Of a stretch of 64,000 bases of DNA, positions 8,081 to 17,710 are shown in pieces. Below the pieces are notes generated by a model that was given only the letters and a program-made list of their open reading frames with translations, was not told where the DNA came from and ran no database searches. This DNA is from Candidatus Undinarchaeales archaeon. Lineage in GTDB: Archaea > SpSt-1190 > JASMDC01. Numbering within the stretch: the stretch's first letter is position 1; each line of letters opens with the position of its first letter. Location of the stretch: the NCBI GenBank assembly GCA_030753015.1, contig JASMDC010000017.1, positions 1-64,000 of the forward strand, in the 5' to 3' direction. A program made the position numbers and the translations under genes.

Positions 8081-9079
8081 TCATGTTCCCAACCTCCCTT
8101 TTTCTTTTTTAGTTCCCCAGGGTGTGGATTCGGTCCATACCCTGCGGAACTCTTTTTTGAAGCTCGCACCCAATCGCCCGTCCCGGATAACTAGGATGTT
8201 CTCGTCGTTCCCCATAAGTCCGCCCTTCGTCGGATTCGCCGAGCCGGTCATAACGGTCTCGTCATCGACGATGAATGTCTTGTGGTGCATCATACCCTTG
8301 TTCCCATCGGCCCTGACATCGCCGCCCGCAGACTGGACCGCAGTGCATCGTTCCCAGCGTCGCGCCTGTACGCGTTCGCATACTCCTGATACCGAGACCC
8401 CCCGATGGACGGCCCGGATCAGCGCGTCGGCCACGGCGCCGTCGGTGAAGGAGAAGGCAAGGAACCGGACATCCCGCTCAGCACCGTCTATCACGTCGAC
8501 GATCAGCTCACGGCAGCCATCGTCGGGGCAGAACGCGACATGGAAGGGCGTCCCACCCAGCTCCATCACGGGATCTACAGTGGGGTCTCCCGCGGAGAAC
8601 ACACCTTCCCATAGCTCCTCGAACTCAGCATTGTAGGCGGCCGCCAGGAGCCGTGAGCGTACTTGGAGGAGGACGTTATCGTTCCGCGCCGCGCCCCTAC
8701 CCGTCGGATTAAAGGAACAGGTCACGACCAGCTGGTCATCGATGATGCAGAACTTGTTGTGCATCAGTGCGCGCTCAGCATGTCCCCATCGGACCGGGAT
8801 CCCCGCCGGTCCGTCTCTCCCATGTACGACCACACGCGCGCTGGTTCGTCTGAGGGCGGCGACCACGGCTGGATGATCTACATCATAGAAAGCACAGCTC
8901 ACCGAGCGATGTGCTGAGAGGATCGCAGCGGCCAGGATATCCCCACAAGGCTCGCGCGGACAGAAGTGCACTGTTGGTGTAGGGGCAGCCTCATATGGGA
9001 TGCTGGGTTCCTGCCAATAAGCGGCCACAGCGACGCACACCACAAGGATGATAATCGGTAGAAGAGGCCTTAGTCCCAT
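8081..9079 (-). CDS. Secreted or membrane-anchored phospholipase D-like (two HKD) nuclease/phosphodiesterase
   Basis: MHNKFCIID...SFN and MHHKTFIVD...GSAN; N-terminal hydrophobic helix from ATG 9079. Confidence 0.9.
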   Translation of the reverse strand: MGLRPLLPIIILVVCVAVAAYWQEPSIPYEAAPTPTVHFCPREPCGDILAAAILSAHRSVSCAFYDVDHPAVVAALRRTSARVVVHGRDGPAGIPVRWGHAERALMHNKFCIIDDQLVVTCSFNPTGRGAARNDNVLLQVRSRLLAAAYNAEFEELWEGVFSAGDPTVDPVMELGGTPFHVAFCPDDGCRELIVDVIDGAERDVRFLAFSFTDGAVADALIRAVHRGVSVSGVCERVQARRWERCTAVQSAGGDVRADGNKGMMHHKTFIVDDETVMTGSANPTKGGLMGNDENILVIRDGRLGASFKKEFRRVWTESTPWGTKKEKGRLGT

Positions 9080-9134
9080 GAAAAGAAAGGCGGTCTGACA
9101 AACCTTTTTAAACCTGCGACGGGAACGTTCCACT

Positions 9135-10661
9135 ATGTCGGAATCCCTGGCGTCCTATGTGGCACAGCTGATGCGCCAGGGATACACGAACGACCAGGTG
9201 ATAGAGACCCTGCGGGAGCAGGGATGGGATAAGAAGGCTATCACTGAGGCCCTTGAGCAGGCAGCAGTGCTCGCAGATCAGCCGGATCCGCGGCTCGCAT
9301 CCTTTCCCAAGCCCTTGATCCCGCCGGTGGTAGTAGCCGGAGCCCTGGGTCTCGTTGTCGTGCTCGTGTTCGTATCCATGTTCATGGGCGGATCGGAGCC
9401 AGTACCGGTGGAACCGACACCCACACCGCGCCCTACTCCCGAACCTACCCCCGAAACAACGGTGGTACCCACACCCACGCCGAAACCGGAACCGAAAGGC
9501 TTGGGTGTCGACCTGATCGGAGTGACCGTACGCTCCAAGGACGAGACACAGTTCGTCCACCGGGACTTTACCGTTGACGCGATCAAGCTCGTGTACGATG
9601 TCCTCTCCGCACCTGGCGCCCAGGAGCGCTACGAGTCTATCCAGAAATTCGTGGGCTATTGTCAGAACAGGACCTTCCCTAATCCCGAGCTCGACCGTGA
9701 GCTCGAGGAAATGGATAAGGACATGGAGAACTACAAGTTCTACTTAGAGACGAACAACATCCCCAAGGCCACCGAGGTGCTGGAAAGCGATATCTTCGGA
9801 AGGTTCAGCGCTAAGAGTGTCGAGGGACCGCTGCCCGTCACCGTCTCGCTGAGCTACGGGACCGGCCTTGTCCTCAACCTCACCTCCACGACCAATCTCA
9901 TAGGCGTTAACACGCTCTGGGAGACGTCCCATCTGATCCAATCGAACATCCCTGACGACGTGTGGACCGGAGTATGGGACGAGGCGTGGAAGAACACGTT
10001 CCCCGCGGACGCCGACCGCTCGTCCTTCACTGTGGACATCCTCTACCTTGACCCGACCTCGCTCGAAGTGACCAGGCCGCGGGCGGCGGACTTCCGGTAC
10101 TACGGGAAGAGCGGTCTGCGACCGCTCCAGGGGAACGGCTACACGATCCCAAGCTTCGAGGCCGTGCTCGTCTACCTGATCGGCGGCGAGGTGTGCACCC
10201 AGACCGAGCGAACATGGTCCGGCGCGAAGGTCGGACAGTGGTCGTGCTCCGAGAGGGTGAAGGAGGGCGAGTTCTTCGTCAAGAAGAACGTGACCTTCGC
10301 GTTCCTTGATCTATCTCCCGTGCAGGGGGACCTCACGGCGGTCTACCGTACCGAGCTCAAGGCGAGCATCGGCGGCAATCCCATCGACTTCACGTTCCTA
10401 TTCCTTGAGGGGAAGGAGCCCTTCTCCGAATCATCGGTCACCGACCTCCTTGAGAAGCTCAAGCTCAAGATCTACGGTGAGCCGAAGACGGAAGGGACGG
10501 CAAAATGTCCCATCCATGTTGTTGACACCTTCACGGACGCACCGGTCAGGTACGTGGCCGCCGTTGCCGTCGGAGAGTACATGATGGTGATGTACGCCGA
10601 CGACAAGCCCAATCCCGCCTACTTCCGCAGCATAGCCGACGCGCTGTGCGCCAAGGTCTAG
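9135..10661 (+). CDS. Membrane-anchored surface protein with N-terminal LxxG[YWF] helical domain and PT linker
   Basis: LMRQGYTNDQVIETLREQGWD, TM helix, (PT/PE)n linker, large extracellular region. Confidence 0.8.
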   Translation: MSESLASYVAQLMRQGYTNDQVIETLREQGWDKKAITEALEQAAVLADQPDPRLASFPKPLIPPVVVAGALGLVVVLVFVSMFMGGSEPVPVEPTPTPRPTPEPTPETTVVPTPTPKPEPKGLGVDLIGVTVRSKDETQFVHRDFTVDAIKLVYDVLSAPGAQERYESIQKFVGYCQNRTFPNPELDRELEEMDKDMENYKFYLETNNIPKATEVLESDIFGRFSAKSVEGPLPVTVSLSYGTGLVLNLTSTTNLIGVNTLWETSHLIQSNIPDDVWTGVWDEAWKNTFPADADRSSFTVDILYLDPTSLEVTRPRAADFRYYGKSGLRPLQGNGYTIPSFEAVLVYLIGGEVCTQTERTWSGAKVGQWSCSERVKEGEFFVKKNVTFAFLDLSPVQGDLTAVYRTELKASIGGNPIDFTFLFLEGKEPFSESSVTDLLEKLKLKIYGEPKTEGTAKCPIHVVDTFTDAPVRYVAAVAVGEYMMVMYADDKPNPAYFRSIADALCAKV

Positions 10662-11458
10662 ACCGGTACCTGAGGGGACTCGACCATTCGGTCGATGCCC
10701 ATGTGCACAAGCTCATCCTCGCTGGGGAGGGCGTCGTTCTTGGCGAACACAGCACATCCCTTGAGATAGAGGGGCACACCCATGGTAGGATGGTCGAGAC
10801 GGAAGAGCGAATCCTTGCAAGCCTGGGTGCAGGGGAACACGCCCCACTCGGGCCGTCCGGGGCGGGTAGAGGCGAGCCCTACCAGGCAGTACCTGCTGAT
10901 GGTGACGAACACGTACGGGTGATGGAATGAGCCATGAAAGGGATTCTTTCCCTCACCCAGGCGAAGGGAGACGCCTTGGAAGGGATTCTCCACCTCAACC
11001 CGGCGGACGCCACGCGAAGCTAGCAGGCTGCGCACCACGGGGACGTCCATGTTGGTCGTGCGGAACCGCTCCCAGGCTTCGGTCGTTAGGGCCTCCTTTG
11101 CTAGCATGAGGCGCGGACCACGCTTCTGCTTATGGATGATGCCGCCTACCACGGGCTCGAGCCGGCCCTCCTCGGCGACAACGTCGATCACACCCCAGTC
11201 GTTGGCGACGATCTCGGTACCGTCGGGGAGTTCGGCAAGGAGGGGCTTCAGCCGTGCAATGCCATCCTGTGTGACGGGCGGTGTGACGAAGGTGACGGCC
11301 ACACCCGCGTCATCAGCTCTCTTAAGGGCGCCTGTGAGCTCGGTGCGTGTGGGCATGAGGCGCTGGCAATAGCCGTTTCCCAGGTAGAGCCGGTCGTGCC
11401 CGGTCCAGTCGATTGTGTCCAACAACGCCACACGGGCGACGATGATCGCACGCTCCAT
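10658..11458 (-). CDS. U32-family partner subunit (UbiV-like Fe-S protein)
   Basis: RLYLGNGYCQRL, VTPPV, IVANDWG, SRYC...PCTQAC; TGATG coupling to the upstream U32 gene. Confidence 0.75.
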   Translation of the reverse strand: MERAIIVARVALLDTIDWTGHDRLYLGNGYCQRLMPTRTELTGALKRADDAGVAVTFVTPPVTQDGIARLKPLLAELPDGTEIVANDWGVIDVVAEEGRLEPVVGGIIHKQKRGPRLMLAKEALTTEAWERFRTTNMDVPVVRSLLASRGVRRVEVENPFQGVSLRLGEGKNPFHGSFHHPYVFVTISRYCLVGLASTRPGRPEWGVFPCTQACKDSLFRLDHPTMGVPLYLKGCAVFAKNDALPSEDELVHMGIDRMVESPQVPV

Positions 11459-12555
11459 CACCTCACCACCTCGGGCCAATAGCACTCGGCGGCCGAGCAG
11501 TTCCAGCCATAGAGCTCCATGTACAGGGCCCTGCATCGTTCCATGTATGCAGTACTGTCCTCCGATCCCTCGAGCTCCTCCAGCGCACGGCGCACGAGGA
11601 TGACGTCGTCCACCTTCTTGCTCGTGGGATGGATCCTGCCCTGGATCTTCAAGACGCTGATGCCCGCGTCGCGCATAGCGCCCAGGCCGCAGATACCGCA
11701 TCCGCTACCGCCCCAGTTGGGCGACCATTGCAGGCCGAACCGTTCCTGAACGGCTGTGGCGAGCTCATCGCTCCCCTCCAGGGGTTCGACATGGACCGCC
11801 GAGGAATTGAGGCAGAGATGGGTGGATGCTATACGCGCCACCGGTCCGGAGTACTGGACGGTCTTTGGGATGTGCCGCATGGCGCGAACGAGGTGCGCCC
11901 TGCTGCGGCCCAGACGGGGATTGAGGAGAGCCCACATCCCCTTTGCAGTGTCCTTGTGCCTGATCTCGGTAAGACCGTGGAAATAGGTGCACAGCCCCTC
12001 CACATAGGGGCAACGGGCGTTGAGCACGAATCCCTCAAGGGTGATGTCGGGGGCCGCTTGGGCTATGTCGGCGATCTCCTTGATGGAGAGGTGATGGGGG
12101 AGGATCACACGTGAGGCGCCTAGACGTTGGTAGAACCGGGCGGCCTGGGCGTTGAACACCGCGTTGATGGTGCTGACGTGGATATCGATGCCCACGTCGT
12201 TGTCGTGGAGGTGGGACATGAGGCCAAGATCGGCAACGATGAGGGCGTCAGCTTCCGCAGCGATGGCCTCCTCGACCTCCTCGACGAGATGTGTGAACTG
12301 TGCAGCGGAGTAGAAGTCCTGGTTAAATGCGACGTTCACGCGTATACCGAGGTCATGAGCGATGGTCAGGGCCTTGCGCAGTTCGTCATAGGACTGCATG
12401 GACGAGCGGGTGTACATCTCGCGGCTGACGCCTCCCATGTGAGTGTAGCGCTTGCGCCACCGCTCGGAGAGCACGGCGCAGTACAGTTCTGTGGCTCCCG
12501 CACGGGCGAGGGGTTCCACCTCCTCGGCCCGGTTGATGGGAGCAAGGATGTCCAT
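11458..12555 (-). CDS. Peptidase U32 family protein (Fe-S hydroxylase-like)
   Basis: ILAP, AGATELY, DALIVADLG, IHVST, GASRVIL, CPYVEGLC, CGIC, LKIQGR. Confidence 0.9.
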   Translation of the reverse strand: MDILAPINRAEEVEPLARAGATELYCAVLSERWRKRYTHMGGVSREMYTRSSMQSYDELRKALTIAHDLGIRVNVAFNQDFYSAAQFTHLVEEVEEAIAAEADALIVADLGLMSHLHDNDVGIDIHVSTINAVFNAQAARFYQRLGASRVILPHHLSIKEIADIAQAAPDITLEGFVLNARCPYVEGLCTYFHGLTEIRHKDTAKGMWALLNPRLGRSRAHLVRAMRHIPKTVQYSGPVARIASTHLCLNSSAVHVEPLEGSDELATAVQERFGLQWSPNWGGSGCGICGLGAMRDAGISVLKIQGRIHPTSKKVDDVILVRRALEELEGSEDSTAYMERCRALYMELYGWNCSAAECYWPEVVR

Positions 12556-12641
12556 CGCAAGCTTCCCCAACGGACAGGTATAAATGTGCTTCGACAGGGC
12601 TCCGCCGTGAGCACCCAATAAAAACGATGAACGCGCATCCA

Positions 12642-14441
12642 ATGCTTGTAATGGAGCCCGCGCTCTCGGTGGACGATCCTTTCGGTGTACTGGAACGACT
12701 GGAGTCCATGGCCTTCGAGCCCTCCGAGTGGCACGACCTCAACCTCGCTGCTCACGGGCTCTCCCTGACGGGACAGTTCGAGCGTGCAGCCATCGTCGAA
12801 CGTGTCAAGCAGAAGATACGCATCCTCCCACACCAGATCGAGACGGCGCTGCGTGTGCTCAATGACCTTGGTCATCGCGCATTATTGGCCGATGAGGTCG
12901 GGCTGGGCAAGACAGTGGAAGCGGGTATCGTGCTCAAGGAGTACCTCGTCCGTGGGCTTGTGGAACGCGTGCTCATCCTTACTCCCGCTCCTCTGGTCCG
13001 CCAGTGGCAGGGAGAGCTCGAAGAGAAGTTCGGTGAAGGGTTCATCACTCCTCTTGACGAGGGGTTCCGTGGGTTCGAGAAGGAGGACCGTCTCATCTGC
13101 TCAATGGACAGAGCCCGTCAGCCCAAGAACGCCCCCTTTGTCCAGGCCCGTCCCTGGGACCTACTCATCGTGGACGAGGCTCATCGTCTGCGCAACGTGG
13201 AGACCAAACTCCACCAGTTCGTGGCGGGGATCGACGCCCGTTACTTCCTAATGCTCACCGCGACACCCATCCAGAACAACCTCTTCGAGCTGTTCAACCT
13301 CATAGACCTCCTCAAACCGGGTCATCTGGGTACGCGGAACCAGTTCGCGGTCTATTTCGTGGGGGACCGTAAGGCACAGACGCTCGAGAACGAGGGGGAG
13401 CTGCGAGAGCTGCTGGGCCAGGTCATGGTGCGCAACCGCCGCGCCGAGGTCGGACTTCAGCTCCCCGACCGACACGTCCACGACATCATGCTTGATCCTT
13501 CTCCCCAGGAGGCCGAGCTGTACCGTCGGGTCATCGGATACATAGCGGACATGTACGACGAGGTGGACGAGGGCGCGGAGTTCGACGCTGAAGAGGCCCG
13601 TCGGACCACCCGTGGTATCGACCTGCTGCGGCTCATGACGCTCGAGCGTGAGCTCGTGTCGTCCAGCCAAGCCCTGGCCGCCACTCTGCGCAAGATAATC
13701 CCGCGCGAGCCCGATCCCGAGAAACGCGTGCTCTTGGACGAGCTGTACGAGCTGTGCCTGTCGGCCCGGGACAGCACCAAGGCTTGCCATCTCTTGGAGC
13801 TCGCTCGGCGCTTGGACACTCCCCTCATCGTGTTCACGCAGTTCATCTCCACCCAGGAGCACCTGCGGGGACGTCTGGAGGCCGCAGGCTTGGCGCCCGT
13901 GGTGTTCAACGGCAGCATGTCACCATCCGACAAGGAGTCCGCTATCCAGCGTTTCAAGGAGCGGGGCGGTGTGCTCCTGTGCACTGACTCGGGGAGCGAG
14001 GGCCGGAACCTCCAGTTCGCCAACGTGCTGGTGAACTACGATCTTCCCTGGAATCCCATGCGTCTGGAGCAGCGTATCGGCCGGATCCACCGCATTGGCC
14101 AGGAACGGGACGTGCATGTGTTCAACCTCACGCTCGCGGGTACGATCGAGGACCACATCCTGACAACGCTCTATCGCAAGATCGACCTCGTCACCGCGGC
14201 CGTGGGCGACATGGACCTTATCCTTTCCAAGCTGCCCGATGGCGTGTCGTTCGAGCGCCGGTTGTTCGAGCTGTCGCTGCGCATCAAGGACAAGCGTTCC
14301 TTCGACGAGGGGATGAAGGGGCTCGCTGATGAGATGGCGGAGGCCAAGGAGCTGGCTGCAAAGGTGCACCAGTTGGATGCCCGGGTGCTCGAGCGCTTCG
14401 ACCTATCGTCCCTGGAGGACGCGGGGGTGCGTATCAAGTGA
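12642..14441 (+). CDS. SNF2-family helicase (YqhH/HepA-like)
   Basis: LLADEVGLGKT, DEAH, LTATPIQN, SEGRNLQ, YDLPWNPMRLEQRIGRIHRIGQ; the start could be 12627 or 12651. Confidence 0.93.
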   Translation: MLVMEPALSVDDPFGVLERLESMAFEPSEWHDLNLAAHGLSLTGQFERAAIVERVKQKIRILPHQIETALRVLNDLGHRALLADEVGLGKTVEAGIVLKEYLVRGLVERVLILTPAPLVRQWQGELEEKFGEGFITPLDEGFRGFEKEDRLICSMDRARQPKNAPFVQARPWDLLIVDEAHRLRNVETKLHQFVAGIDARYFLMLTATPIQNNLFELFNLIDLLKPGHLGTRNQFAVYFVGDRKAQTLENEGELRELLGQVMVRNRRAEVGLQLPDRHVHDIMLDPSPQEAELYRRVIGYIADMYDEVDEGAEFDAEEARRTTRGIDLLRLMTLERELVSSSQALAATLRKIIPREPDPEKRVLLDELYELCLSARDSTKACHLLELARRLDTPLIVFTQFISTQEHLRGRLEAAGLAPVVFNGSMSPSDKESAIQRFKERGGVLLCTDSGSEGRNLQFANVLVNYDLPWNPMRLEQRIGRIHRIGQERDVHVFNLTLAGTIEDHILTTLYRKIDLVTAAVGDMDLILSKLPDGVSFERRLFELSLRIKDKRSFDEGMKGLADEMAEAKELAAKVHQLDARVLERFDLSSLEDAGVRIK

Positions 14442-15520
14442 GCAACGACCTTGAGCGGTTCCTTGCGGCCTACAAGCGTGTGGCCGGACTATCTCCCAGG
14501 GAAGCAGAAACGGACGTGGGGGTGGCCGATGCCATCGCCGTGGCCAAGGGTAGAGGATTGGTGGCTGCAAAGCGGCTGGTCGAGCCTCCTGGTGTGAGTA
14601 AAGATCCTTTTAGCGGTGTACAGCTCACTCACTGCCGCACGGTCCATCGCTCGACCCGTAGAAGCAGCCGTAACTTCGCACTCTGCTTCTCTTTCCGGAT
14701 AGGGGTCCGCACCGCCAGTCTTCGAGAAACGGTGTATCACGTGGCAGTGGACCTGGCCACAATGGAGCCGCTGGACGGGTTCACGGGATTCGTCGAACTG
14801 CACTACGAGAACGTCGACTACCGTCCCCGTCTCTCACCCGAGCTCATCCAGCGTGCCTTCGCACGAGCGCAAGCGGAGCTCGGCCGCCGGATGGAGCCCA
14901 TGCAGGAGGAAGAACTGGCGCGGTTAACGGTCCAGCACCGGACCGCGGCTACCAGGGTGAAGGCCTACTTCCATCAGCTCCAGAAGGAGGTGCTCGAGGC
15001 AGAGCGCCGTGTCCAGCAGCGCATCGATTCCACTCGTGCCATGATAGCTTCTGCCACAACGCTAGAACTGAAGGAGAAGCGTCAGAAACGGTTGGTCCAG
15101 CTCGAGGCCGAGCTGGAGAAGGTGCGGGACCAGAACGACTTCACACTCCTTGAATACCGGAAGCGCATGGAGGGCGAGCTCACGAAGGAGGAGGACCGAT
15201 GCGGTCTGGAGACCGACGTGACCATGACCTCTGCTGTGGTTCTGGAGTACGACACGTCGGTAGAGACCTATCTTCTAGTGGGCCGACACGCACATGCCGA
15301 GCTGGAGCGAGCACACTCGCCCTTCGCACGGCCCGAGCCGCCACGGTGCGCCTGCTGTGGCCAAGAGGCGGAAACGCTGGCCCTCGATGCAGCCGGCAAC
15401 CTGGTGTGTCCCTCCTGTGCCCGGGTCTGTACATTATGCGGTTCCGTGCGTAGCGAACGGTGCCCCCCTGGCCGTCCCTCGAAGCTCCTTGCCCAGCCCT
15501 GTCCCCAGTGCGGGCTGTGA
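14438..15520 (+). CDS. SNF2 partner with coiled coil and C-terminal multi-Cys zinc finger (YqhG-like)
   Basis: GTGA overlap with the helicase; central coiled coil with YF motif; CACC, CPSC, CTLC, CPQC. Confidence 0.75.
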   Translation: MSNDLERFLAAYKRVAGLSPREAETDVGVADAIAVAKGRGLVAAKRLVEPPGVSKDPFSGVQLTHCRTVHRSTRRSSRNFALCFSFRIGVRTASLRETVYHVAVDLATMEPLDGFTGFVELHYENVDYRPRLSPELIQRAFARAQAELGRRMEPMQEEELARLTVQHRTAATRVKAYFHQLQKEVLEAERRVQQRIDSTRAMIASATTLELKEKRQKRLVQLEAELEKVRDQNDFTLLEYRKRMEGELTKEEDRCGLETDVTMTSAVVLEYDTSVETYLLVGRHAHAELERAHSPFARPEPPRCACCGQEAETLALDAAGNLVCPSCARVCTLCGSVRSERCPPGRPSKLLAQPCPQCGL

Positions 15521-15583
15521 GGGGACCCGGCCAATCCCCTGGGTGGCGGTTTTAAATATCAACGGCCGTACCCTTGGCCGTCC

Positions 15584-16255
15584 ATGGCCGAGCTGCGCGT
15601 CACGTGCATCGTTCCTACCCGGAACGAAGAGCGGACCATCGGTGAGCTTTTGGAGCGCATCCGCCCGCACTGCGACGAGATCGTCGTCGTCGACTCGAGC
15701 ACAGACAGCACCCCCGAACGTGCGGCCAAGCATGCTCGCGTCGTACGGGAGGATCGACCAGGGAAGGGGATCGCGCTCCGCACGGGGGCGCGGGAGGCCA
15801 CGGGCGACATCCTCGTGTTCATCGACGCCGATGGCTCCCACATCCCCGAGGACATCCCCGAGCTGGTCCTGCCCATCAAGGAAGGCCGTGCCGACATGGT
15901 CCTCGCCTCACGCTCGCTCGGCGGGAGCGAGGAGCTATCAGGCACTCTCAACCAGTGGTTCAGAGCAACGGCCAGCGGTGTCATCACCCTCATAATCAAT
16001 TACCGCTTCGGCTCGTGGATCACCGACAGCCAGAACGGCTTCCGCGCAATCAAACGGGATGTCTTCCTCAAGCTTGGGACCACCGCCCGCATCTTCGACA
16101 TCGAGACGGAGATGCTCATGAAGGCCCTGAAGCAGGACTACACCGTGGACGAGGTGCCCAGTCGCGAGAAGAGACGACGGTACGGGAGTTCAGGCATCAA
16201 CCTCTGGTGGATGTGGTACCGGTACACGTGGACCACCCTCCGTAACCTCGTGTAG
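15584..16255 (+). CDS. Glycosyltransferase family 2
   Basis: PTRNEE, VVD, GKG, FIDADGSH, TDSQNGFRA. Confidence 0.9.
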   Translation: MAELRVTCIVPTRNEERTIGELLERIRPHCDEIVVVDSSTDSTPERAAKHARVVREDRPGKGIALRTGAREATGDILVFIDADGSHIPEDIPELVLPIKEGRADMVLASRSLGGSEELSGTLNQWFRATASGVITLIINYRFGSWITDSQNGFRAIKRDVFLKLGTTARIFDIETEMLMKALKQDYTVDEVPSREKRRRYGSSGINLWWMWYRYTWTTLRNLV

Positions 16256-16412
16256 ACGTGTCCCGTGTGCTATGCTGTGCCAAGGCAGATTAATAACCCT
16301 TAATAACTTATATTCGGCCGAATTAGGCCAAAAAACGCGATTTCCTTCCGATTTAGAGAAATGTTTATATACGGCTTGTGTTGCGCAGGTTATACTAGTA
16401 GAAGAGGTGAAG

Positions 16413-16850
16413 ATGATGTTCATGACTGAGGCCATGTACGACGTTGCGGCTGTGGACCTTGCCGGTCACAACTCAGCGTACGATGGCCGTCTCGTTATTC
16501 AGGGCTATGACAGCACGGGCAACGACTTCGACTCGGGCCGCTACACGGTCGATTTCGACCTTTGTGAGCGCACCGATGGCGAGTTCGACCTGATCGTCCA
16601 TGGTATAGCTCAGGTGAAGAAGGAATTCGCTCATCCCAGCTCGCCCGCCTACGGCGGCGCCTGGCTCAAGTACGCCGATCACGACGATGTCCATGTCACC
16701 GAGGACACCCAGGAAACCGTCATTGACATTCGATCGGACCGCACCTACACGATCCACCTCATCGATGAGCCATCGGGCACAACCCAGGACTACCTCCTCA
16801 CGAAGGAGGCCGGTGAACTGATCATCGAGCCCGTGCTCGGCGACCTCTAG
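16413..16850 (+). CDS. Acidic beta-rich hypothetical protein
   Basis: GAGGTGA Shine-Dalgarno before ATG 16413; TTTATATA at ~16364. Confidence 0.65.
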   Translation: MMFMTEAMYDVAAVDLAGHNSAYDGRLVIQGYDSTGNDFDSGRYTVDFDLCERTDGEFDLIVHGIAQVKKEFAHPSSPAYGGAWLKYADHDDVHVTEDTQETVIDIRSDRTYTIHLIDEPSGTTQDYLLTKEAGELIIEPVLGDL

Positions 16851-16945
16851 GGAGCCAGCGATTTCACAGCGTACCTTTCTTTCTTTCCAGGCCCGAGTGC
16901 CCAGTCCTCGCTGACCTTAGAAACAGTGCTGCCGTGGCCGCGGGC

Positions 16946-17659
16946 TCATCCGACGGTCACTGTCAGCTCACTTTGCATGAGGTGACGGTAGTTACCGCCA
17001 GCGTCCGACGTGCACTGGGCCGGCTCGCAGAATGCGCAATCACCACTGGTGAAAAGGCACAAATCGACGGCGAACGTCCTAGTCCCCGCAGTGGTGTTGG
17101 CCGGGAGCGTGAGCATCAATTTGGCGAACCCGGACTTGTGGCCTTCCACCGCGATAGTGGGCTTACCCGAGAACCAGTCCTCTCCCGCGAAGGTCTCATC
17201 CTCCTTCGGATGCAGATTGACGCAGAAGCATCGCTGGTCCAGGTCGTCGTTCTTGACCGCCACGTAAAGGGAGCGTGGAGTTGCATTGGAGGCGACTTCC
17301 ATATTGGTGGCCTCTAATACTATCAGCTCGTTCGACTTCCGCAGTTCATCCTCAAGGCGTTCCCGACGCTCGGCATCTGCACGGGCCTCGGGATCGAGGT
17401 TATCATCGGTCTCGAACTGAGCACCTGTGATCCACTTCATGAACGGCGGGATGAGCACCGTGACCATGATGAGGACGATTATGGCGATGAGCGTCTTGAT
17501 GATGCGTGGCGGCATCTCGGTATCATCGCCTGAGAGAGCCTGTGCCACCTCGGCGGAGCCGACACCCTTCTTGATCAGCGCCTTGCGTATCTCGGCTTTG
17601 GAATGTCCACGCTCCTCGAGCGTACGGATCCAGTCACGGAGCTCTTCCTGGGACGGCAT
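16946..17659 (-). CDS. Membrane protein: N-terminal LxxG helical domain, TM helix, Cys-containing Ig-like domain
   Basis: LEERGHSKAEIRKALIKKG; the C-terminal domain resembles an internal domain of 17711-21271. Confidence 0.8.
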   Translation of the reverse strand: MPSQEELRDWIRTLEERGHSKAEIRKALIKKGVGSAEVAQALSGDDTEMPPRIIKTLIAIIVLIMVTVLIPPFMKWITGAQFETDDNLDPEARADAERRERLEDELRKSNELIVLEATNMEVASNATPRSLYVAVKNDDLDQRCFCVNLHPKEDETFAGEDWFSGKPTIAVEGHKSGFAKLMLTLPANTTAGTRTFAVDLCLFTSGDCAFCEPAQCTSDAGGNYRHLMQSELTVTVG

Positions 17660-17710
17660 CTACCAGTTGATAAAGCCCTTAAGATTAAAAAACCGGCGTT
17701 CGGGGCACGT

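Noticed and set aside
8081-15520. DISARM-like defence system (PLD plus SNF2 helicase)
   Set aside because: The PLD has a signal/anchor helix and two HKD motifs, is not in an operon with the helicase, and no methylase or DrmA/B gene is present.
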